From the NCBI GenBank assembly GCA_964347045.1, contig CAYFXC010000009.1:32001-96000 (forward strand): DNA of 64,000 bases, in the 5' to 3' direction. The position numbers were made by a program, and so were the translations under genes. Position 1 is the stretch's first letter; each line of letters begins with the position of its first letter. The notes under the pieces were generated by a model. That model ran no database searches. It was given only the letters and a program-made list of their open reading frames with translations, and was not told the origin of the DNA. Shown piece by piece: positions 10,036 to 18,793 of the stretch. The DNA is from an uncultured archaeon. GTDB lineage: Archaea > Asgardarchaeota > Hermodarchaeia > Hermodarchaeales > Hermodarchaeaceae.

Positions 10036-10266
10036 TGAGGAAGAAGAAAAGACTTGTGCCTTAACAGCATTTTAAACTAAATTATAATTCAGAGCCAAAA
10101 CGATACATCGTCTTGGGACCACGAATACCATAGATAGCTCCAAGTTGTGGAGAGATTAGATAGGATTGCCCCTTGTGACCTTGATTATGAGTCTTTGAAG
10201 ACATAACAAAAACTCACTTGAAAGTTTTGTAGACAATACTTTGAATGTCCATAGCAGTCTGTAGAA

Positions 10267-10914
10267 TTATTTGTTTTGTTTTTGTACGAAGGGACGAAGC
10301 TCTATGGGCAGCGGTTCACCGATGGCTGTGAACTCTGAAGCCAAAGTTGTCATGAATTTAACAAGTAACTGGTGTCTAGGTTTTGCGAGTTGTTTTCCCG
10401 TATTCGTCAGCATTCGGTCACAGAGATTCAACAACTTTTGTTTTATGTGTTCAATCGTTCCTTGGAGTCCCCGTTGTTGGACAAGACTTTCTGCGATAGT
10501 TCGAGCTAGTCCCAATGCTCCAATGGCATCAAGTTTATCGGCGTCACTTAGGATTTCACCTTCTAACGATTCTGGCATCTCATTCTCACTATATCGGTGT
10601 GTCCGAATTGCACTAGCTACAACTGGTAATTTCTCACTAGGAAAGGAGGTCGTAGCTAAAAACGCCACAGCCATATTGGCGCCGACCTTAGCATGGGATT
10701 CTCTTGTCACCTCTTCTTCAGGGCGCCCAATATCATGAAGTAGGGCTGCTGCTTCAAGTATTTCCAAATCCGCTTTTTCTTTTTCTCCTATTAGCAAACA
10801 TAATTGACGTACTCGCAGTGTGTGTTCATAAGAATGCGCACCACGTTTACCAAGGCGAATAGCATTGTAGGCAAACTTTTCAATGGTTCCCACGAGTGTA
10901 CTGTCCATTGGCAC
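10267..10914 (-). CDS. HD-domain phosphohydrolase
   Basis: HSYEHTLRV, AALLHDIGR, HAKVGA, IRTHRYS, LSDADKLDAIGA. Confidence 0.9.
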   Translation of the reverse strand: MPMDSTLVGTIEKFAYNAIRLGKRGAHSYEHTLRVRQLCLLIGEKEKADLEILEAAALLHDIGRPEEEVTRESHAKVGANMAVAFLATTSFPSEKLPVVASAIRTHRYSENEMPESLEGEILSDADKLDAIGALGLARTIAESLVQQRGLQGTIEHIKQKLLNLCDRMLTNTGKQLAKPRHQLLVKFMTTLASEFTAIGEPLPIELRPFVQKQNK

Positions 10915-11083
10915 TCACCAAATTATTAATTTTCCATTCTTCTAATTTCTATCAGCTTCCTCCGGTGATAAAAAATTAGTCTAATTTCCAAATTGAGGAA
11001 GTAGAGAAATTTACTATCTTTCAAGAGAGAAGGCGTAAACTATAAGGGTGCTATCCTTGGGAGAATAGTTACCATATTTATGG

Positions 11084-11575
11084 ATGTTGAATGTTATGGG
11101 TTTGTTTGGCTTTCTTTTACTGATAATCGGTGGTGGACTTCTCCTTTATTCAGGGCTGGATCTTGCTCTTGATGCTTCCTTAGCTGTTCTACTTTCAGCG
11201 TTTCTTGATTCAATTCTAGGTTCACCCTTAGGAACTCAGATTGCGCATGCCCTTGTGATTATTACCAGCCTTGGTGGTGTCTTCGTCATTGTTGGGGCTA
11301 TTATTTGGTATGCTGCAGGTTCTGGTATCTTTGCTACGATTGGTCGAATTATCGTCTCGCTCGCGACCTTTACTGCTTTCTATTATATTGTTAATCAGGT
11401 TCTGATAGCCTTTGGTGCGGGTTTATTCAGTCAGCCCATTGAAGTTATTCTAGCCTATTTCTTAGGGCTAGGAATTGGCTTTGCCAGTATCATAATGATT
11501 CTAGTGGGGAACTTCATCGGAGCAGGGCGTAAGAAAAAAGTCCCTGCATCTTATGAAGATACTCAAGGCGCATAG
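11084..11575 (+). CDS. Hypothetical membrane protein (about 4 TM)
   Basis: Gly-rich hydrophobic helices and basic C-terminal tail. Confidence 0.7.
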   Translation: MLNVMGLFGFLLLIIGGGLLLYSGLDLALDASLAVLLSAFLDSILGSPLGTQIAHALVIITSLGGVFVIVGAIIWYAAGSGIFATIGRIIVSLATFTAFYYIVNQVLIAFGAGLFSQPIEVILAYFLGLGIGFASIIMILVGNFIGAGRKKKVPASYEDTQGA

Positions 11576-11584
11576 TTGCCAATC

Positions 11585-12835
11585 TTATGTTTCATCTTTT
11601 ATCTTTCTTTGTCGAAGGGTCTCCGGAACGAGAAGTACGACGACGAAAAAGGCAATAGTATTCATAATCATCGCAAAGAGCATGTTACCTCTAAATGTTA
11701 GGAATAAAAATTGGACTAATGCGCCGCCAATAATTGGTCCGATAGCCATTCCCAGAGAATTTGCTGTTGCAATCGTCGACATAGCTCGCGCCCTTTGCTC
11801 AATCTTACTCAGATCTGCTGCGGCTGCATAGCTTGCAGTAGATAATAAGGGGTAAAGTGGAATAAACCACAGAAGCATCGCAACCAACGGATTAACTATG
11901 AACAGATACACCAACATGAATAGGGTATACCCGACAAATCCAAGCAGGATAATAGGTTTGCGTCCTATCCGATCACTGCTAAATCCTGCGGCAAGAGTCA
12001 CCCCTAATCCGAAAAATGCTGCAAAGCCATTGGCTACTCCTATCATCAAGGGTGTTCCACCAATTTCTGACACTAAATAGACTCCAAAAAAATAAGCGAA
12101 AGCATTAACCCCAATACTACCAATTGCTATGGCTACTGCGAGTATCAATAAAATCCAAAGGTGGGGTTTCCACCAGGGTTTCGATGAGGGAGTTGATTTT
12201 CGTTGATTTTTCGTAGGCCCAATTTGCTCGGATGAATTGGGGATTTCTCGAACAAAGATGAGGATAATCAGAGCTCCTGCAAGAAACGCGAAACATCCGA
12301 GGAAGAATAAACCTGTCATTCCAATGAAAGAAAATAAGAATCCGCCGGTAAATGCTCCAATAGCCCAACCAATACTGCTGGTAGCCAGAAGGAGTCCCAC
12401 AGCTTCTCCCTTGAAAGTACGGGCTTCTGTGAGATATGCGTTGGCCATTGGTACCGCTGCAACCGAGAAGAGATATGCGGCACAAGTAACAATGAGGAAT
12501 GTTAGACTATCTTGGATTAGAATATACAAAAAGAAACTGATGGCTTGAGCAAGGAATCCCGCTATTATAAAGGGAAGTCGACGGTGCCACCGGTCAGACA
12601 ACGACCCCCATAAGTACACACCTGTTAGGCCAATAAGAACAGGTAGTCCTCCAATCAAACCGATTAGGAAAAAAGCAGTTTCACCAATCCCTGCGAATAG
12701 ATAGAAGCTCCCAAATTGCCAGAAAATGGACTGCGAAAAGTGAAACAGTGAAAATCCAAGTAGAATTCCCCATATGTAACGACGGAGCACGATAGATGCA
12801 GAGCTTCGGCCATCATTTTCTACTGGTATAACCAT
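11585..12835 (-). CDS. MFS transporter
   Basis: About 12 TM; motif A GSLSDRWHRR and GFSSDRIGRK; AIGPIIGG. Confidence 0.9.
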   Translation of the reverse strand: MVIPVENDGRSSASIVLRRYIWGILLGFSLFHFSQSIFWQFGSFYLFAGIGETAFFLIGLIGGLPVLIGLTGVYLWGSLSDRWHRRLPFIIAGFLAQAISFFLYILIQDSLTFLIVTCAAYLFSVAAVPMANAYLTEARTFKGEAVGLLLATSSIGWAIGAFTGGFLFSFIGMTGLFFLGCFAFLAGALIILIFVREIPNSSEQIGPTKNQRKSTPSSKPWWKPHLWILLILAVAIAIGSIGVNAFAYFFGVYLVSEIGGTPLMIGVANGFAAFFGLGVTLAAGFSSDRIGRKPIILLGFVGYTLFMLVYLFIVNPLVAMLLWFIPLYPLLSTASYAAAADLSKIEQRARAMSTIATANSLGMAIGPIIGGALVQFLFLTFRGNMLFAMIMNTIAFFVVVLLVPETLRQRKIKDET

Positions 12836-12944
12836 GAGCAGCCATGTCTACATCCAATTGAAAAAGCTATGCTTGTTGACATAAAGACTCAATAGGATTC
12901 AGCTTTCCAATGATTTTTTATTATTTCACCACCGCCAAAACTTT

Positions 12945-13661
12945 GTGAAAGTTCAACAACAAAACAACCAGGACATCCAAATCGGCGCTCTTCCTTTCGC
13001 TACCCCTTCGCGGATTCGAAGTTTTCAAAAATATATTCTTCGCTGGTATCAGAAATATGGTCGCGATCTTCCTTGGCGACACACCCGTGATCCCTATAAG
13101 ATTCTTGTGTCAGAAATTATGCTTCATCAAACCCAAGTGGACCGAGTGATTCCAAAATACCATGAATTCCTCAAAATGTATCCCGATTTCGAAACACTTG
13201 CTGTTGCCCGAGCTAAAGACTTACAAGAGCTCTGGCGTCCACTTGGCTATAATTTTCGGCCAGGGCGGCTCCAGCAGATTGCAAAATTGGTTGCTACTAA
13301 ATTCAATGGACAGCTCCCTGACACAGTCGAAGAACTCATGGCTTTACCCGGAATTGGTCGTTACACTGCAGGGGCAATCCTTAGCTTTGCGTTTCACAAG
13401 AATGCACCAATTCTTGATACTAATGTGCAGCGGCTAATTCAACGATATTTTGAAGTTAAAGGGAATCCACAACGCATTCCAGCAAAAAAACAGCTATGGC
13501 ACTTAGCAGAGATTGTAATTCCACGTGGGAAGGCATTTCTGTTCAATCAGGCACTTCTTGATTTTGGTGCTCTTGTATGTACAGCACGAAACCCCTTGTG
13601 TCAGACTTGTCCTCTCAATCAATTATGTCCGTATGGAATGGCACGCATGGCAATTATTTGA
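12945..13661 (+). CDS. mutY: A/G-specific adenine glycosylase, short MutY-like (HhH-GPD, 4Fe-4S)
   Basis: RDLPWR, PYKILVSEIMLHQT, LPGIGRYTAGAI, LDTNV, NQALLDFGALVC, CxxxxxxCxxCxxxxxC; ends right after the cluster. Confidence 0.8.
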   Translation: MKVQQQNNQDIQIGALPFATPSRIRSFQKYILRWYQKYGRDLPWRHTRDPYKILVSEIMLHQTQVDRVIPKYHEFLKMYPDFETLAVARAKDLQELWRPLGYNFRPGRLQQIAKLVATKFNGQLPDTVEELMALPGIGRYTAGAILSFAFHKNAPILDTNVQRLIQRYFEVKGNPQRIPAKKQLWHLAEIVIPRGKAFLFNQALLDFGALVCTARNPLCQTCPLNQLCPYGMARMAII

Positions 13662-13662
13662 C

Positions 13663-14601
13663 TCATTGTTCATGTTTTTCTTCATGGGTTTCAAGTTCGG
13701 CAGTCGGCTTTTTGCTTGGATAATTGATTAACAGGATTCCAATGATTACAAGAACTAAACCAATGATAAAGGTCGGATAGATGGGTTCTTGTAATAATAT
13801 GAACGAGAAGAGGGTTCCGAAGACCGGGACGAGAGCAATGAAGACGGCTGATTTGCTCGCTCCAACGTTTTTTATTGCTAAAAAGTAGAATAGGAATCCC
13901 AATACCGTTACAATGATGCCCAAATAGAGAATGTTTAGCCAAAAGGTGAGGTCATACATCAAGGGGAGGGTCCAAAATTGTTCGAATAAGGCTCCGACAA
14001 AGAAGAGGAGGGTTCCAAAGAAAATACCCATCGCCGTGGCTTCAAGGGATGAGCGACCTCTCATAATAGATTTCCCAATAATGGAATATAAGCCCCAAGT
14101 AAACATTGCACAAATCAAAATGAGATTTCCGATAAGGTATTCGAATTGAAAATCAAGTACGGCTTGAATACCAACAACAAATACAATTCCCATGAAACTA
14201 AAGAAGAACCCGATATATCGCCATTTGGGTGTCAGTCGTTCGTGAAGGAAGAGAAATGCCAGTAGGCTAACAGTTACCGGGTTAATACCTGCGATGATAG
14301 ATCCTTGTGCGGCTGTTGTAAACTGCATACCTATTAGAAACAAGATTCCGTAACCAAAGATACCGATTAATCCGATAACAAAGAAGAGACTGAGATCTCG
14401 TGATGTATATGCTTTAATCGAATCACGTTGGGTTGCTATTAAAATGGGAAGATAAATGAGGCTCGCAGTGAAGAAGCGAAAGAAACCTACAGTCATTGGT
14501 GGACCCACGGAGACCACGATTTGTGCGGAAACCCAGCTTCCGCCCCAGAATACCATTGCTAGAATCAGCAAGGTGAAATATTTGATTGCTCTGAACGTCA
14601 T
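13663..14601 (-). CDS. DMT/EamA-family transporter
   Basis: FWGGSW, FFRF, two EamA repeats, about 10 TM, LHERLT, LVPVFG. Confidence 0.9.
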   Translation of the reverse strand: MTFRAIKYFTLLILAMVFWGGSWVSAQIVVSVGPPMTVGFFRFFTASLIYLPILIATQRDSIKAYTSRDLSLFFVIGLIGIFGYGILFLIGMQFTTAAQGSIIAGINPVTVSLLAFLFLHERLTPKWRYIGFFFSFMGIVFVVGIQAVLDFQFEYLIGNLILICAMFTWGLYSIIGKSIMRGRSSLEATAMGIFFGTLLFFVGALFEQFWTLPLMYDLTFWLNILYLGIIVTVLGFLFYFLAIKNVGASKSAVFIALVPVFGTLFSFILLQEPIYPTFIIGLVLVIIGILLINYPSKKPTAELETHEEKHEQ

Positions 14602-14707
14602 AGATCAAGGGCTCCAAGTTAAACGAGCACCCTTGACCTATTGAGCTAAAAATGAATGCATTAGCCAACTTATGCATTGTTATACAAATAACCCATTCAA
14701 TTGGAGT

Positions 14708-15478
14708 CTATTCTTTGAACAGTGTCGTCTGATACGCGCTGCGAAGGCGTCGCGATCGAGATTTTATGGTGCTCCGCTGCATCCACGGACGGCTGGGGTG
14801 TTTTTCCAATGTGAAGGTTTCAATGGTGTCTTGACGTGCATGATGGATAAGAACGTGGAACCTATGGCGAGCAGCTTGACCAATTCGAAGTGGTGATTCT
14901 GATGACCGTTTCGGAGCATCAGCGCTGGCCACGACAGCAACCTGATGAGTAAAAGCGAGTTGCTTCAGATACGCCGCTAACTGTGCACGACGGAAGATAC
15001 GTGAGTCAGTTAGACCATTTGGTGCTGTGAGTGTTTTTGTCTCTTCTTTCTCTTCTTCTTGGACGAGGTGCGTAAGGCCATTCACAAAAAGTATTGGAAT
15101 ATCTATCTTGAAGAGTGTGTTGGGTGCCTGGTCGAGGAGTGAGAGCAACTGATCTGTGGTGAACGCACGGGCGACATGAAGTCGATGCAGATGGGCTGCA
15201 GGAGGTTCAGGTAAGAATGATGCCCGTATGTGGGAGAGTATAGTGTCAGGGCGGATTGCATTGTTTGCATCGATGACGGCGACACCTCGGTGTAGGTCAT
15301 AGTGAAGCAGTGCGGTGCCTATAGACTGTTGCAGCAAACTTGTACAGTGGGGGCTTCCAAAAATGAGGTAGCTTAGACCTCCTTCGAAGCCACCCCCTAG
15401 AAGGTCATCAAGGAGTGTAATGCCCGTTGGACATTTCAGTTCTTGCTGCTGTACCATCGAAAACGCCGTTTGGAACAT
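14708..15478 (-). CDS. RadA/Rad51 paralogue with degenerate Walker A/B motifs
   Basis: PTGITLLDDLLGGGFEGG, AVIDANNAIRP, LHVARAFT, LKQLA...VAVV match the RadA core; Walker A reduced to FGSPHCTS (no GK[TS]); Walker B reads LFVNG. Confidence 0.8.
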   Translation of the reverse strand: MFQTAFSMVQQQELKCPTGITLLDDLLGGGFEGGLSYLIFGSPHCTSLLQQSIGTALLHYDLHRGVAVIDANNAIRPDTILSHIRASFLPEPPAAHLHRLHVARAFTTDQLLSLLDQAPNTLFKIDIPILFVNGLTHLVQEEEKEETKTLTAPNGLTDSRIFRRAQLAAYLKQLAFTHQVAVVASADAPKRSSESPLRIGQAARHRFHVLIHHARQDTIETFTLEKHPSRPWMQRSTIKSRSRRLRSAYQTTLFKE

Positions 15479-15575
15479 CGTCTTCTTCCTTCGGATGCAG
15501 TGTAACTGGCATCAATCAATGGTGTGAAACACACTGATAGACTAGTGATAACAACCCTCAAAAACCCGCAAACCT

Positions 15576-15601
15576 ACACTCATATGAGTGTGACTAAGTC
15601 A
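15576..15601. promoter_or_regulatory. Candidate operator: perfect 16-bp palindrome plus adjacent inverted repeat
   Basis: ACACTCATATGAGTGT (15576-15591) and TGACT-A-AGTCA (15591-15601) between the divergent RadA-like and methyltransferase genes. Confidence 0.4.
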
Positions 15602-15602
15602 G

Positions 15603-16355
15603 ATGACGTATCGAGCTAGTGCACAGTTCTATGATCTGTTCGCGCTAGGAAAGGAAGAGGAAAAGTCATTTTACCGAATGTTGGCTCAAGAAGCTGGTTC
15701 TCCTGCTCTAGAGCTAGGTGTAGGAACAGGAATTTTCGCGTTTTCCCTTGCTGAAGAAGGAATTACTGTAGTTGGACTTGAAAAGTCGCGAGAAATGTTA
15801 CAAGAAGCCCGAAAAAAGCTCCAACAAGCACCTCCAGAAATTGCTCGTCGCCTCCTCTTCATCGCTGGTGATATAAGTAATTTTCATCTTGACCAACAAT
15901 TTCGAATCATCTACATTCCTTCTGGAAGTTTTCAATACCTAGTTACTCGTAGACAGCAATTGGGCTGTTTGCGAAGTGTCAAGGCGCATCTTCACAAAGA
16001 AGGTTCTTTTGTTTTTGATATTTGGGTTGGTGAATCTGACACAAGCGGAATATGGCGGCGGTTAGAAACAGTATCTTTACCTGAAGGGGGTTCTGTAACT
16101 CGGTCTATTTCAACACACCTTCAAGAATCAGAGAATCTCATTGACATAGTTCTTCGGTTTGATATCCAAAATGATGATGGCCGTATCACTGATACGTTTT
16201 ATGATTGGTCTAAACTAGCTGTGTTAACCGTTGAAGATGTTAAATTTCTGCTTGCTGAATCCCATTTTCAAGTTGAGACCATATATTCGGATTTTTCTCG
16301 AAAGCCTTGGAAAGCTGAATCGAACCGTGCCATATTTGTTACTGAGCCACTTTAG
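15603..16355 (+). CDS. Class I SAM-dependent methyltransferase
   Basis: ALELGVGTG motif I, VVGLEKSREML, HLHKEGSFVFDI. Confidence 0.9.
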   Translation: MTYRASAQFYDLFALGKEEEKSFYRMLAQEAGSPALELGVGTGIFAFSLAEEGITVVGLEKSREMLQEARKKLQQAPPEIARRLLFIAGDISNFHLDQQFRIIYIPSGSFQYLVTRRQQLGCLRSVKAHLHKEGSFVFDIWVGESDTSGIWRRLETVSLPEGGSVTRSISTHLQESENLIDIVLRFDIQNDDGRITDTFYDWSKLAVLTVEDVKFLLAESHFQVETIYSDFSRKPWKAESNRAIFVTEPL

Positions 16356-16784
16356 CTTATAGACGCAGTATTAATCAACAAGTCAATAAACTTTGAATCA
16401 TAAGAACTGATTAACATTTGTCACGAAAGAAAGAGTGTTGCGATTATTCGGTATGCGAGTCCAATGAAGAGCACCCCTTTTTCCACGAAGTTGCTAAGTG
16501 CTGCTCTCGGAATTCCATGAGCCAATGGACAAAGCCATGTCCAATTTGTGAGTATTAACAAAATAGCATCAATTATGAAGGTTGGAGCTAGAATAGATAA
16601 TACTACTTTTTTACACCTTAAGATAAAGAACTGAAATGTTTGGGCTACTTCTTGTTTAAGCGTTGTACCTCCCCTATGGAACGTAGATTATGGTTTCACA
16701 AGGTTTTTTTTATGAATGGGAACCGAATAGTACCTGCTAATATGGAAATGCTACATTAGTGCCCTTTCTAAGAACTCAACAAAA

Positions 16785-18239
16785 GTGGTGTTAGATTTGT
16801 CTAAGGCTTCGACGGCGTTCAATGTAAATCGTGTAAAGCGTCAACTGGAAGTTTGGCTTGGTAAAGAAAATGTGTCTGCAGCCGAAATCGATAAAATCTG
16901 CTATTCACGAGATGCTTGGCCTCTTCGTCTATTACGCCTTGGACGGTTAGTACTAGAATCACAACCTGATTTGATCGTGTGGCCACGTACAGTTGAACAG
17001 ATTCAAAAAATTGTACAATTAGCGAACCAAGAGCAAATTCCTTTGATACCGGTTTCTGGAGCAGGAGGAGTTGCAGGGGGCACTTTAGCAATTACTGGAG
17101 GGATCATAGTTGATCTCAAGAAGATGAATCGCGTGCTCAAGCTTGATGAAGACTCTCTAACGGTCACCATTGAACCTGGAATCTTGGGCCAAGAGCTTGA
17201 GGAATATTTGGAGGCACGAGGGTACACTTCTGGACACTTTCCCTCTTCTGTCTTTAGTTCTGCATATGGCGGCTTTGCTGCAACTCGGTCTGCAGGTGTA
17301 CTTTCATCTAAATATGGTAAGATCGAAGACATGATAGCCGGGCTAGAAGTAGTACTACCAAATGGAGAACTACTCAGAACCAAAGCTGTTCCGCGTTCTT
17401 CAATGGGACCTGATCTCAAACAATTATTTATTGGATCCGAAGGCACATTCGGAATTATCACAGAAATCATCCTTCGTATCTCCCCAATCCCTCAAACCAC
17501 ACATTTTGAATCTTTTCTGTTTCGTGATCTAGCTTCAGGGTTGTCGGCGGTGAAACAAATATTTCGTCATGATCTAAAACCTGCCTTAATTCGTTTATAT
17601 GATGAAAGTGAAACCCGGTTCGTTTTAGGACGCTTTAAATCGCCACCCGAAGGTGCATGCGTTCTCAATCTTATGTACAGTGCTACTAGGTCGCTTGTAC
17701 GCTTAGAAAAACGGACTATATCCAGAATTTGTCTTGATTCAGGAAGTGAAGCCCTAGGGCCAAAACCGTCCAAACATTGGTGGGAAAATCGTTTCGACCT
17801 CTTCTATCCTTCTAGTCTGAATCTTGGTCCGGGAATGCTATACGATGTCCTTGATGTCGCGGCAAGCTATACGAATCTAGAAAAAATGTATTGGGCTATG
17901 CGCAAGGCAATAGAAGCTACGGGAATGAGCACCATGAGTCACTTTTCGCATTTCTACCCGGATGGTGGTAACATATACGTTATTTTCATTGGTCATGAAG
18001 CATCGCCTAAAGAAGTGGAAGCAAAATATGAGCAGGTCTGGAAGGTTGGATTGGAAGCAGCCCATAAGGCAGGTGGAACACTCAGCCATCAGCATGGTGT
18101 AGGTCTACTCAAGGCACCTTGGATGCCTAAAGAACATGGTTCCTCTGGATTTGCTCTGCTCCAGGCTATCAAACAATATCTGGATCCAAACAACATTTTG
18201 AATCCCGGAAAACTGGGTCTTGGGCCTAATCTAGATTGA
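16785..18239 (+). CDS. FAD-linked oxidase, alkyl-dihydroxyacetonephosphate-synthase-like (VAO/GlcD superfamily)
   Basis: PDLIVWP, GHFPSS, GGFAATRSAG, YGKIEDM, PRSSMGPDL, GSEGTFGIITE, IRLYD, GNIYV, GGTLSHQHGVG, DPNNILNPGK. Confidence 0.8.
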   Translation: MVLDLSKASTAFNVNRVKRQLEVWLGKENVSAAEIDKICYSRDAWPLRLLRLGRLVLESQPDLIVWPRTVEQIQKIVQLANQEQIPLIPVSGAGGVAGGTLAITGGIIVDLKKMNRVLKLDEDSLTVTIEPGILGQELEEYLEARGYTSGHFPSSVFSSAYGGFAATRSAGVLSSKYGKIEDMIAGLEVVLPNGELLRTKAVPRSSMGPDLKQLFIGSEGTFGIITEIILRISPIPQTTHFESFLFRDLASGLSAVKQIFRHDLKPALIRLYDESETRFVLGRFKSPPEGACVLNLMYSATRSLVRLEKRTISRICLDSGSEALGPKPSKHWWENRFDLFYPSSLNLGPGMLYDVLDVAASYTNLEKMYWAMRKAIEATGMSTMSHFSHFYPDGGNIYVIFIGHEASPKEVEAKYEQVWKVGLEAAHKAGGTLSHQHGVGLLKAPWMPKEHGSSGFALLQAIKQYLDPNNILNPGKLGLGPNLD

Positions 18240-18240
18240 A

Positions 18241-18675
18241 TTATAACTCTCCAATATCTTCTTGCCATAGCTCTGGTTTTTCTTTAATGAAATGGTTCAT
18301 CATTTCTCTACATTCATCCAAGTTCAGGTTTACAACCTCAACGCCATGTTTCTCCATAAATTCCTTTGCTCCAGGAAATGTTGAAGCCTCTCCTACAATA
18401 ACTCGTTTAATTTTAAATTGAACCACAGCCCCAGCACAAAGGTAGCACGGCATTAACGTCGAATAAAGTGTCGTCCCTGTGTAACTCCTCATTCGTCCAG
18501 CATTCCGAAGACAATCAATTTCCGCATGAGTTATTGGATCATTATCTTGTACTCGTTTGTTGTGACCTCGTCCAAGTATTTTCCCTTCCTTAACAAGTAC
18601 AGATCCAATGGGAATCCCTCCTTCCTTTAAACCACGTTTTGCCTCTTTTATGGCTTCCTGCATAAAGGTTTCCAT
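18241..18675 (-). CDS. Cytosine/nucleoside deaminase (yeast FCY1-like)
   Basis: EGGIPIG, GRGHN, HAE, PCYLC zinc motif, C-terminal PELWQEDIGE; ATG at 18675. Confidence 0.9.
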   Translation of the reverse strand: METFMQEAIKEAKRGLKEGGIPIGSVLVKEGKILGRGHNKRVQDNDPITHAEIDCLRNAGRMRSYTGTTLYSTLMPCYLCAGAVVQFKIKRVIVGEASTFPGAKEFMEKHGVEVVNLNLDECREMMNHFIKEKPELWQEDIGEL

Positions 18676-18793
18676 GATAATCACTATCCTCGATAATGTC
18701 AACGATGAAAAATCTATTGAATTCGTTCATTAAATCGTTTTTTTTACCCTGTACTGTTATTAAACTCATTAACTCTTCAAAGAGAGAACTTAG

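Noticed and set aside
10040-10260. tRNA/ncRNA or a 40-aa minus-strand ORF (MSSKTHNQG...) in the intergenic gap
   Set aside because: No cloverleaf or T-loop motif; the ORF is too short and has no recognisable homology
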